Shown here in pieces: positions 1-8,433 of a DNA stretch of 64,000 bases. The translations under genes were made by a program, and so were the position numbers. Location: the IMG/VR virus record IMGVR_UViG_3300023179_000009, positions 124,001-188,000 of that record. One strand, written 5' to 3'. Positions within the stretch are counted from its first letter, which is position 1; the number at the start of each line of letters is the position of its first letter. The notes beneath the pieces are model-generated. The model made no database searches and was not told the origin of the DNA. It was given only the letters and a program-made list of their open reading frames with translations.

Positions 1-37
1 GAACAATTATTTTAAAATAAAAACAGAATACAATAAA

Positions 38-2065
38 ATGCCAAAAACTTTACAGGGAATTGATGATTTAGGAGATTATGATAATACTTCTATTTCAACA
101 TATGTACATTGGACAACAGATGATTATAGGGTTTTTGTTCCTGCTGCGCCCACTATTAAAAGTTTAATACCGGGCGTTTATGAAATGCACAAGAGCGATA
201 ACATTGGTTTATATTTTGAAAAAATACCAGTACGTTCAGAAGGTCTCCTAAGATTCCCTGACACCAATTCAGAGCGTGTTGTAAAAGAGATTCAAAAATT
301 TTGGGAAAGAGAAGATGTTTTTGAATCGTATAGTTTAACGTATAAGCGGGGAATCCTGCTATACGGCCCCCCAGGTTGCCATGCCAAGGGAACGAAAATT
401 TTGATGTACAACGGCGATCTTAAAAAAGTTGAAGACATAGTTGTCGGTGACGAGGTTATGGGACCAGACAGTCGGCCTAGGCGTGTTTTGGAACTTATAA
501 GAGGCCAAGATCAAATGTATAAAATTACTCCAAATCGTGGCGAACCTTTTGTTGTGAACGGTCATCACATTTTGAGTTTACAAAGAAGCAGCAAAAGAGA
601 CTGCGCAACGCCAGAAATATTAAATATTTCTTTAAATAATTACAAAAAATTATCTAAGCCATCTCAAGTCAAATATAAATTACGTCGTTGTGCTGTAGAT
701 TTTTCGAATCTATCAAATGAAGTAATCGTAGATCCTTATTTTTTAGGTGTTTGGTTAGGAGACGGCTCAGAGAATAAAACCGAAATCAACACCGCTGATA
801 AAGAGATAAAAGATTATTTATATCAAATAGCAAGTAGTTATAATCTACACGTAACAGAGAGAAGGAAAACGGATTCTATTTGTTGCAGTTATACACTCTC
901 TAGTAATGGAGGCATTGGCGAAAATGGCTTGCGTAATGATTTGAAAAAAATCGGGGTATTTAATTCAAAACACATTCCAAATGAATATTTTGTGGCTTCA
1001 AGAGAAGTCCGCTTGCAACTTCTAGCAGGGATAATTGACACAGACGGTGGTTATTCAACGGCTTCTTGGAGGAAGAATCAAAAATTTAAAAATAAAGGCT
1101 ATAAAGGTTATTTTGAAATAATTCAAAAGAGGGTCGATCTATCCAATCAAATTGTAAAATTGGCAAGAAGTCTTGGATTTGGAGTTACTATTCGTAGTTG
1201 TAAAAAAACAATTAAAAAAACCGGGTTTGTAGGAGAATATCAAAGAATTAGTATTTTTGGAGACATTTCCATTATTCCTACAAAAATTCTTAGAAAGAAT
1301 GCTCTTAAAGGTCGTGCAAATAAAGACCCACTTCGCACGGGAATATCTTTAATAGAATCTTTGGGCTTTGGTGATTTTTATGGCTTCACGCTGTCGGGAG
1401 ATCATCTATACCTCACAGATGATTTTATTGTTCACCACAACTCTGGTAAATCGTGTACAATTCAATTAATTATGGAAGATGTGGTGAACAGAGAAGGAAT
1501 TGTCATAAAGTTCACAGATCCTTTTTTGTTTACCCAAGGCATGCGAGTTCTTAGACAGATACAAGAAGATACACCTGTGGTTGTCATAATTGAAGATATA
1601 GATTCTTTTTTAGAAATTTATAACGAATCTGAGATACTAAATGTTTTAGACGGAGTAAACGAAGTCAATAAAGTTGTTTTTTTGGCTACCACTAATTACC
1701 CAGAAAAACTCGGAGCAAGAATAGTAAACAGACCCAGTCGTTTCGATAAAAGGTTTAGAATAGGTTACCCTTCAAAGACTTCAAGAAGAATGTATTTCGA
1801 ACACTTGATTGGCGAAGGAGATGAAAATAAACTTAAACAAAAAATATCAGATTTAAATTTGGATTTGGATCGCTGGGTCGAAGACACAGACGAGATGTCG
1901 GTTGCCCATCTCAAGGAGTTGTTTATACAAGTTGTTATTATAGGTGACACTTATGAAGAATCAATAGAAACTTTAAAAAGTATGAAAGAAAACCTTGAAG
2001 ATAAAGAGTTCGACAGTGAGATAGGGTTTAGTGGTCCAAAAAAATCCAAGAACTACTACGGTTAA
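38..2065 (+). CDS. AAA+ ATPase (intein-interrupted)
   Basis: Walker A reconstituted after intein removal (LLYGPPG|SGKS), Walker B VVVIIEDID, sensor/Arg finger FLATTNYPEKLGARIVNRPSRFD. Confidence 0.9.
   Translation: MPKTLQGIDDLGDYDNTSISTYVHWTTDDYRVFVPAAPTIKSLIPGVYEMHKSDNIGLYFEKIPVRSEGLLRFPDTNSERVVKEIQKFWEREDVFESYSLTYKRGILLYGPPGCHAKGTKILMYNGDLKKVEDIVVGDEVMGPDSRPRRVLELIRGQDQMYKITPNRGEPFVVNGHHILSLQRSSKRDCATPEILNISLNNYKKLSKPSQVKYKLRRCAVDFSNLSNEVIVDPYFLGVWLGDGSENKTEINTADKEIKDYLYQIASSYNLHVTERRKTDSICCSYTLSSNGGIGENGLRNDLKKIGVFNSKHIPNEYFVASREVRLQLLAGIIDTDGGYSTASWRKNQKFKNKGYKGYFEIIQKRVDLSNQIVKLARSLGFGVTIRSCKKTIKKTGFVGEYQRISIFGDISIIPTKILRKNALKGRANKDPLRTGISLIESLGFGDFYGFTLSGDHLYLTDDFIVHHNSGKSCTIQLIMEDVVNREGIVIKFTDPFLFTQGMRVLRQIQEDTPVVVIIEDIDSFLEIYNESEILNVLDGVNEVNKVVFLATTNYPEKLGARIVNRPSRFDKRFRIGYPSKTSRRMYFEHLIGEGDENKLKQKISDLNLDLDRWVEDTDEMSVAHLKELFIQVVIIGDTYEESIETLKSMKENLEDKEFDSEIGFSGPKKSKNYYG
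377..1441 (+). mobile_element. Intein (355 aa) with in-frame LAGLIDADG homing endonuclease, inserted in the Walker A motif
   Basis: Starts CHAKGTKILM, block B VVNGHHIL, LAGLIDADG motifs LGVWLGDG and LLAGIIDTDG, ends FYGFTLSGDHLYLTDDFIVHHN followed by Ser+1. Confidence 0.93.
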
Positions 2066-2080
2066 TTTGGAGTATTAATT

Positions 2081-5000
2081 GTGCTACAAGAACGCCAGCA
2101 ACTTTTAAAACTGTGTGTTTCCTCTTTGGAAAAAAAAGGTTTTTCCGAGGATCAGAGATACAAAGACAGGCTCAAGAGAGAATTGAAAGAAATAGATGCC
2201 CAAGGAGAGCATGAGTATCTATTAAATTTACAAAATCAATTTCAATCAAAGGGATTGATTTTGCCTTATAATCAACATAATCTTCTTGTTTATTATCTTT
2301 TAGATTTGTGTAAAGATTTTGATATTGAAAAAGAATATGCTTGGTATCAAGGTGAGTTTCCAGATATTGATATCGATTATTTAAAAGATGTTCGTGATTA
2401 CATTAAACGTACTTGGGCCGCAGAAAATTTTGGTCAAGATAAAATTTGCGAGATTGGAACATATGGAACAAGTGGTATTAAATCGGCCATTTTAGATATG
2501 GCACGAGTCCATGACGCTGAAAAAGATAGAATTCAGGCTATTACAACAAAGATGTCCGACAAGGACGAAGATGGGCATGATTTAGAGTGGGAAAAAGCTT
2601 TAGAGACATACCCGGAATTTAAATCTTATTGTGAAGATCACTCAGAAGTTGCCGATGCAGCCAAAGCATTATTAGACAGAATACGCACAGGGGGCGTTCA
2701 CGCTGGTGGCTTAATTGTTGCTGATCGTCGTTTAGATGGATTTGTTCCACTTGAAGTTAGAATGGTGAACAAAGAAAATCCAAATGGGGTTATTTGCTCG
2801 GCTTGGACAGAAGGTTTGAACCGTCAAGATCTTGGCCCTGTGGGTTTGATTAAATTTGACTTGTTGGTAATTAGCAATTTAATGCAAATAGCCTTGGCTT
2901 GTGACCTTATAAAAAAAAGACACAGTATTGAAAAAATATGCGCCGCACCTAATCAATGGGATTTCTCCGATTTAAATTATCTCAATGACCCAAAAGCATT
3001 GGCCATGGCAGACAAGGGTGATTTAAAATGTATTTTTCAATTTGATAGCGAAGGCATAAGGAATCTGGTTAAACGTGGTGGGGTTTCTAGTTTTGATGAT
3101 TTAGCAGCTTACTCAGCCATTTACCGCCCAGGGCCTTTAAATATGTCGATGGACGTTCATTATTGTAAAAGAAAAAGAGGCGAAGAGCCTTATGAAATTC
3201 ACCCTTTAATGCAAAAGTCTCTTGCTAAGACTTACGGAATTTTGGTTTTTCAAGAACAAGTTATGGACATCTTGCGTGTTGTTGGTGAAATCCCAGACAT
3301 GCACACAGAGAAGGTCCGAAAAGCTATCTCTAAAAAGAAAATTAAAGATTTTATAAAATACAAAGAAATGTTTATTAAAAATGGACAAAAAAATTTAGGA
3401 GAAAGCGAAGAATATGTTGAGAATTTGTGGAGTACTATAGAAAGTTTTGCAGAATATGGTTTTAATAAAACTTTGACCGAAGATACTATAATAGATTGTG
3501 TTGATGGCTCTAAACAAATTAAACACATAGGTGTTGGCGACAAGGTTTATTGCATAAACGAAAAAGGAGAACGAGCAGAAACAGAAGTTGTAGCAGTTCA
3601 CGATCATGGCGTAATTGATGTTGTTGAAGTCACATTTGATGACGGGTACTCGGTGAAATGCACATTAGATCATAAATTTTTAACCGAAGAAGGGCAAATT
3701 CCACTTTGGAAAATTATTCAAGATAATTTGGTTGTGCTTAGTTCTCCGTTGGGAGAACAAAATGCCACAGAGAAAAAATTGGGAAGCAATTTGCGGAGAG
3801 ATTCTCGGCAACAGAAAAAAAATTATAGAACATCGCAAGAATTGTACAAAATGCAGAGAGATGTATTTGCAAAAGAGAACAGAAAAATACAATCACAAAT
3901 CTCATTGCGGAAAGAAATTTCCAACAAAACACAAACTAGCAGATCACTTGAAAGAATGTCAGGACTGTATTTATTTGAAATGGCGAGAGACAGGAAAGAA
4001 ACACATATCTCGATGCGGGATAGAATTTTTGAGATACAGTTTGTTGGCGGAACACCATCGTCATTGTGCGAAATGCACGGAAATAAAAAAAGAGAACATT
4101 CAAAATCGGATGGACAAGTTAAACAAAGACAACCTGTCTCCAGATCGCAAGGCTATATTTTCTGCAACTGCCAAGAAAACTTCGGCAAGGAAAGATGTTC
4201 AAGAAGCAAGATCTGCACAATTAAAAAGATGGAGGGACAACAACCCAGAAGAGTTTGCGAGATCTATAGAAAAGGCACAACATGCTCCCAAAAAATCAAA
4301 AATGGAAACGTGGTTGAGAAAATATCTGGGATGGAAGCCGAAGAAAATATGTTGTGGGAAAGACAGGAAATTTGTGGATTTAGTAAAGAAAAATATTTGG
4401 ATAGAGGTGGACGGACCGTTCCACTTTTGGCAGGTCGGATCAAAATCGAACAAAAGAGGTCACAATTTAAACTATGTTCAACTCAGAGACCAGATGCTCA
4501 AAGAGGAGTGTTTGAGGAGACAAGATATAATGCTTTTGAGATTGAGCATGACTTGTTTTCACAAAAAAACAGGAGAAATGAAGAAGGAAAGTTTGGATTT
4601 GTTCCAGACTATGCTCCGATCTCCAATACCGGGGATTTGGTGCATAGGAAAGTTCTACGAATTGTGCCCGTGGGCAAAAGACAATGTTACGATCTTGAAG
4701 TTGCTGTAAGCACACATAACTTTATTTTGCCAAATGGGGTTGTCACATCGAATAGCCACTCTTATGCATACACTTATATATCGGCAAGGCTTCTTTGGCT
4801 AAAGGCGCATTATCCTCTTGAGTTCTACGCTGCTATTTTGATGTGTGAAACCGATACGGATAAAATAAAAGATTACAAGATCGATGCCGAGAAGCATGGA
4901 ATTGAAGTTTTGCCTATTCATATAAATTATTCTAAAGAAAATTTTACTATTCACGATAACAAAATATATTTTGGTTTTTCCAATATTAAATCTATAGGAG

Positions 5001-6124
5001 AAGAAGTTGCAAAAAGAATAGTGACCAATCAGCCATATAAAAACGTAACAGACTTCCTTGATAGGTTCGGCACAGATTTAACTTGCATCAAAGCTCTTGT
5101 TTCTCTTGGTGTTTTTGGTGATAATCGTGTCAAGATTAGAAAATTTACAGAGTACTATAAGGGAAAAATAAACTCAAGAAAAGATAGAAAAAAAAGATTC
5201 GAGCAATCTTTAGAAAAAAAATTACAAGAATTAAAAGATTTGTTGTTGGAAGAAATTAATGAAAACGATCCTGATTTTCAATCTCTTTGCACATTTACAC
5301 CGGAATCTCAGTCTTTATGGGTGTCTCGATTTGAAAAAATTACAAGAGAAGTTGATTACAATTATCAAGGCAATAAAAGAAAAAAACAAGTTACTTTTTT
5401 AAAACAATTAGAAGATTTGGCAAAAAAAAGATCTAGTATAATTGAAAACTTTCATCTTAAAGAAAAAGAAGATGATGGTGTGGATTCTTATGAATTTTTT
5501 AATACTTCATCTATCAAAATAGACGATAAAGAAATTGATATCTTGAATGATGAGTTAATTATTGATGGCAAAAAGTTTTTTCCAAAAGCCGAATCTAATT
5601 ATTATGGTTTTCAATGGAAGCACATTTTAGAAACTTGTGATCAATACTCCGGAAAAACTATTGATAATTTTTTACAAGAAATTGAAAATCAAAACGACAA
5701 GTCCGGAGTTATACAAATTCAAGTTTTAGCCGTGAAGAAGAAAACCAGCAAAAGAGGCACAGATTTTTATAGCATGGAAGTTGAGGATGCAAACGGGAAA
5801 AAGGTTTTTGTCAATGTTTGGAAAGATGATTATCTAAGGTTTAAAGATAGGTTCGTATCTGGCGAGTTGTTGTCTATAAAAGTAACGCCGCCATCTGGTG
5901 GTTTTAGCACATTCACCTTCTGCTCTATTCCAAGACACAAACGCAAAGAAATTCCTGATAAGGAGTGTGACCAAAGATGTATTGTTCTTGAGCCTCCAAA
6001 ATTTGAAAATTTAAAGCCCGACACTGAAGAAAGAATCATGAAATTTAATACGGAGATTCTCAAGAAGCAATCTTCAAAAAACACCACAATTAAAACTGGT
6101 GGTTTTGAAATTTTTCAAAATTAA
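2081..6124 (+). CDS. dnaE: DNA polymerase III alpha subunit, lacking N-terminal PHP domain, intein-containing
   Basis: Catalytic FPDIDID, GVHAGG, GLIKFDLL, FQFDS, SAIYRPGP, YGILVFQEQVM, YGFNK|SHS, KAHYPLEFYAA and a C-terminal OB fold; GTG start with GGAG upstream. Confidence 0.93.
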   Translation: MLQERQQLLKLCVSSLEKKGFSEDQRYKDRLKRELKEIDAQGEHEYLLNLQNQFQSKGLILPYNQHNLLVYYLLDLCKDFDIEKEYAWYQGEFPDIDIDYLKDVRDYIKRTWAAENFGQDKICEIGTYGTSGIKSAILDMARVHDAEKDRIQAITTKMSDKDEDGHDLEWEKALETYPEFKSYCEDHSEVADAAKALLDRIRTGGVHAGGLIVADRRLDGFVPLEVRMVNKENPNGVICSAWTEGLNRQDLGPVGLIKFDLLVISNLMQIALACDLIKKRHSIEKICAAPNQWDFSDLNYLNDPKALAMADKGDLKCIFQFDSEGIRNLVKRGGVSSFDDLAAYSAIYRPGPLNMSMDVHYCKRKRGEEPYEIHPLMQKSLAKTYGILVFQEQVMDILRVVGEIPDMHTEKVRKAISKKKIKDFIKYKEMFIKNGQKNLGESEEYVENLWSTIESFAEYGFNKTLTEDTIIDCVDGSKQIKHIGVGDKVYCINEKGERAETEVVAVHDHGVIDVVEVTFDDGYSVKCTLDHKFLTEEGQIPLWKIIQDNLVVLSSPLGEQNATEKKLGSNLRRDSRQQKKNYRTSQELYKMQRDVFAKENRKIQSQISLRKEISNKTQTSRSLERMSGLYLFEMARDRKETHISMRDRIFEIQFVGGTPSSLCEMHGNKKREHSKSDGQVKQRQPVSRSQGYIFCNCQENFGKERCSRSKICTIKKMEGQQPRRVCEIYRKGTTCSQKIKNGNVVEKISGMEAEENMLWERQEICGFSKEKYLDRGGRTVPLLAGRIKIEQKRSQFKLCSTQRPDAQRGVFEETRYNAFEIEHDLFSQKNRRNEEGKFGFVPDYAPISNTGDLVHRKVLRIVPVGKRQCYDLEVAVSTHNFILPNGVVTSNSHSYAYTYISARLLWLKAHYPLEFYAAILMCETDTDKIKDYKIDAEKHGIEVLPIHINYSKENFTIHDNKIYFGFSNIKSIGEEVAKRIVTNQPYKNVTDFLDRFGTDLTCIKALVSLGVFGDNRVKIRKFTEYYKGKINSRKDRKKRFEQSLEKKLQELKDLLLEEINENDPDFQSLCTFTPESQSLWVSRFEKITREVDYNYQGNKRKKQVTFLKQLEDLAKKRSSIIENFHLKEKEDDGVDSYEFFNTSSIKIDDKEIDILNDELIIDGKKFFPKAESNYYGFQWKHILETCDQYSGKTIDNFLQEIENQNDKSGVIQIQVLAVKKKTSKRGTDFYSMEVEDANGKKVFVNVWKDDYLRFKDRFVSGELLSIKVTPPSGGFSTFTFCSIPRHKRKEIPDKECDQRCIVLEPPKFENLKPDTEERIMKFNTEILKKQSSKNTTIKTGGFEIFQN
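3470..4753 (+). mobile_element. Intein (428 aa) in DnaE with Thr at position 1 and an out-of-frame endonuclease gene inside
   Basis: Removing TLTEDT...VVTSN restores conserved YGFNKSH; block B VKCTLDHKFLT, block F CYDLEV, C-terminal SN plus Ser+1. Confidence 0.9.
3762..4709 (+). CDS. Vsr/DUF559-like homing endonuclease with N-terminal Cys/His zinc-binding repeats, nested in the +1 frame of the DnaE intein
   Basis: GGGAGA at 3751-3756 precedes ATG 3762; motifs SKMETWL, FVDLV, WIEVDGPFH, RDQML; HxxxCxxC repeats at N-terminus. Confidence 0.82.
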   Translation: MPQRKNWEAICGEILGNRKKIIEHRKNCTKCREMYLQKRTEKYNHKSHCGKKFPTKHKLADHLKECQDCIYLKWRETGKKHISRCGIEFLRYSLLAEHHRHCAKCTEIKKENIQNRMDKLNKDNLSPDRKAIFSATAKKTSARKDVQEARSAQLKRWRDNNPEEFARSIEKAQHAPKKSKMETWLRKYLGWKPKKICCGKDRKFVDLVKKNIWIEVDGPFHFWQVGSKSNKRGHNLNYVQLRDQMLKEECLRRQDIMLLRLSMTCFHKKTGEMKKESLDLFQTMLRSPIPGIWCIGKFYELCPWAKDNVTILKLL

Positions 6125-6140
6125 ACTCTTCTATTTTAGT

Positions 6141-6593
6141 ATGGAAAATAAAAAAGAAGACACAGAATTGGTGATAGATCAAAATAATTTTAACGATTAT
6201 TTTTTTGATGTGAGAAAATTTGGCCCAAAACAAGGGCAAATTTTGGCAAAGTTTTCAGCGGTTGCTATTTTTGGAGATGGTCCAGAAAAAAGAGATTTAA
6301 TAAAAGTTTTAAAACGAGACAAAGCAGAAGCCGCTGCTATGGTTATGAAAAAAATACACTGCTGTAAAGAGCCTGATTGTTATAAAATTTGTAGAGAAAT
6401 GTGCGAGGATCTTATATCCGGTATGTCAGAAGATGATGTTGCCAAAAAAGAACATGAGTTTATTATAGAAGCTTTTTATTATGCTAATCGTGAATATGTT
6501 CCAAAAAATGATCCCCACTGGGAAACTATAGAACTTATTAAATATGACCCAGAGACTAAAACTTTTAAATCTAATATTGAATTAAAAATTTAA
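6141..6593 (+). CDS. Hypothetical protein
   Basis: Long open frame with plausible composition; first ATG at 6141 (track extends upstream to 6099). Confidence 0.7.
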   Translation: MENKKEDTELVIDQNNFNDYFFDVRKFGPKQGQILAKFSAVAIFGDGPEKRDLIKVLKRDKAEAAAMVMKKIHCCKEPDCYKICREMCEDLISGMSEDDVAKKEHEFIIEAFYYANREYVPKNDPHWETIELIKYDPETKTFKSNIELKI

Positions 6594-6616
6594 TTAAAAA
6601 TGCTACATATACTAAT

Positions 6617-7114
6617 ATGAGCGATAATAATTATCAAGATTACAAATCTCAAATTGACGTTTGGGCTTCTATGTGGGACGAAATGGAAGGAGAAAAAGTT
6701 CATCCTTCTTTGCAAAAACCCGAGAGGTCAGAGTTTGCATCAAAAATTTTTGGTGACCAAGATTTCGAAAATGACGACCAAGAAGAAGACCCAGGTTTAA
6801 TTCAAGAGTCAGAATCAATCACACAAAACCCTGTGAGAGTTCACACTGCCGGAAGAGACGATCAACATCCAGAACCTTGTTGGGTTAAAGAAGATCTTTT
6901 GTCGGAAATCGAAAAACTAAAAAATAGTTTGTTCGATATGGAAAATAAATTAGCCAGAATGAACCAACCTGAAAAAAAATCTCAAAAAAGCAAAAATCAA
7001 AAAGATCAAGATGTTCTTAAAAAGATAGAATCTATTAGAAAAGATATTGATGATTTAAGTGACAAACTGGGGATTGGCAAACAAGACGTTAGTTTGTTTG
7101 CAGTAAAAAAATAA
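6617..7114 (+). CDS. Hypothetical acidic protein with C-terminal coiled coil
   Basis: 165-aa ORF in operon context; heptad-like C-terminus. Confidence 0.7.
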   Translation: MSDNNYQDYKSQIDVWASMWDEMEGEKVHPSLQKPERSEFASKIFGDQDFENDDQEEDPGLIQESESITQNPVRVHTAGRDDQHPEPCWVKEDLLSEIEKLKNSLFDMENKLARMNQPEKKSQKSKNQKDQDVLKKIESIRKDIDDLSDKLGIGKQDVSLFAVKK

Positions 7115-7153
7115 TTTGGTAATATAGTTGAAAACCCAGAGTACTCTGTTTTG

Positions 7154-8206
7154 ATGATTTACGAAGATTTTTATAATAAAATTAAATCTTTAGAAAATCC
7201 TAAAGTAGCCATATTTACTCATCGTTACCCTGATCCCGATGCTATGGCATCCATGATGGGGGTTGCTTGGATTCTTAAAAAAAATTTTGGAATAGAACCA
7301 AATTTGTTTTACTCCGGAGAAATTTCACATCCTCAAAATGGAGTGATGTTGAACTTATTAAATCCAGATTCATTGAAAAAATTAGATGATAGTTTCAATA
7401 GTAAAAATTATAATTTATTTATATTAGTGGACACTGTTCCAGAAAATGCTGGATCTGATTCTTTCAATTTGAATTTTGATATAGTTATAGATCATCATAG
7501 AGAAGCACCTGTTAATTTTGATGGTGTTTTAATTCATAAAAAAGTTGGAGCTTGTGCTTCAATTGTTTATGATATGATGATTAATCTTGTTGATAAAAAT
7601 AATTGGCTAGACGAGGACTCAGACAGTGACCAAAAACTAGCGACTGCATTGATTGCCGCTATAGTTACCGACACAGAATACTTAATGTCAGATGACAGTA
7701 CAGAACATGAATTTAAAGCCTTCTCAGAACTTTTCCCTTTTAGAAATTCTAATCTTTTAAAGCAAATAGTTTTTTTCAAAAGACCAAAATTTTGGATAGA
7801 CAAAAAAGCACTCGGATCTGCCGAAGCAGAAATAACAGACGATGGTTATGCTATAGTTGGTTTGGGCATCATACCAGAGAAACATCGTGATTTAATTGCT
7901 GATATGGCAGAGGAGATGATCCACTGGACAAGCGTAGAGACAGCTATTGCTTTTGGGGTTGTCGGCGGAGACCGCATAGAAGGATCTGTTAGATCATTGA
8001 ACCCTAGCCTAACAGTTTCAGATTTTTGTAAAAAACTTGGCGGCAAGCATGGCTCTGGCGGCGGCAAACATGGGAAAGGAGCCTATAGATTAATTCTTGG
8101 CGGCATGAGTATAGATCCAGATGAGGAAGAAGAAGATGTTGAAGAGTTTTATAAATCCATAGATAAAAGAGAAATAAAAAGAATAATGAGAACAATAAAA
8201 AAATAA
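7154..8206 (+). CDS. DHH/DHHA1 family phosphoesterase (NrnA-like)
   Basis: HRYPDPDA, LVDT, IDHH, IVTDT motifs and DHHA1 SVRS...GGGKHGKG. Confidence 0.88.
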   Translation: MIYEDFYNKIKSLENPKVAIFTHRYPDPDAMASMMGVAWILKKNFGIEPNLFYSGEISHPQNGVMLNLLNPDSLKKLDDSFNSKNYNLFILVDTVPENAGSDSFNLNFDIVIDHHREAPVNFDGVLIHKKVGACASIVYDMMINLVDKNNWLDEDSDSDQKLATALIAAIVTDTEYLMSDDSTEHEFKAFSELFPFRNSNLLKQIVFFKRPKFWIDKKALGSAEAEITDDGYAIVGLGIIPEKHRDLIADMAEEMIHWTSVETAIAFGVVGGDRIEGSVRSLNPSLTVSDFCKKLGGKHGSGGGKHGKGAYRLILGGMSIDPDEEEEDVEEFYKSIDKREIKRIMRTIKK

Positions 8207-8229
8207 ATTATAATGGCTCTCTTATTGTC

Positions 8230-8430
8230 ATGGATGAAAATGTTCCAAAAAATTTTGTTTTAATGTGCCAAAAATGTAAGTGGTCTAAAAAATCTACTGG
8301 ACTAAAGGAAGACCTCGCTGATCTAACCAGACTAAACGCAGGTTGTTCATCTTGTGGCAAAATAAAAAAGTATAAATGCCCGAAGTGTGGCGGAGTTTGT
8401 GTTTTAAAAAGAACTAAAGGCAACGCTTAA
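8230..8430 (+). CDS. Small zinc-ribbon protein
   Basis: Three CxxC pairs (CQKC, CSSC, CPKC) in 66 aa. Confidence 0.65.
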   Translation: MDENVPKNFVLMCQKCKWSKKSTGLKEDLADLTRLNAGCSSCGKIKKYKCPKCGGVCVLKRTKGNA

Positions 8431-8433
8431 AAA

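Noticed and set aside
3470-4753. DnaE as a true split-intein fractured gene
   Set aside because: The DnaE frame has no stop across the endonuclease, so it is translated as one chain; the AGGAG-ATG at 4578 is in the endonuclease frame, not the DnaE frame.
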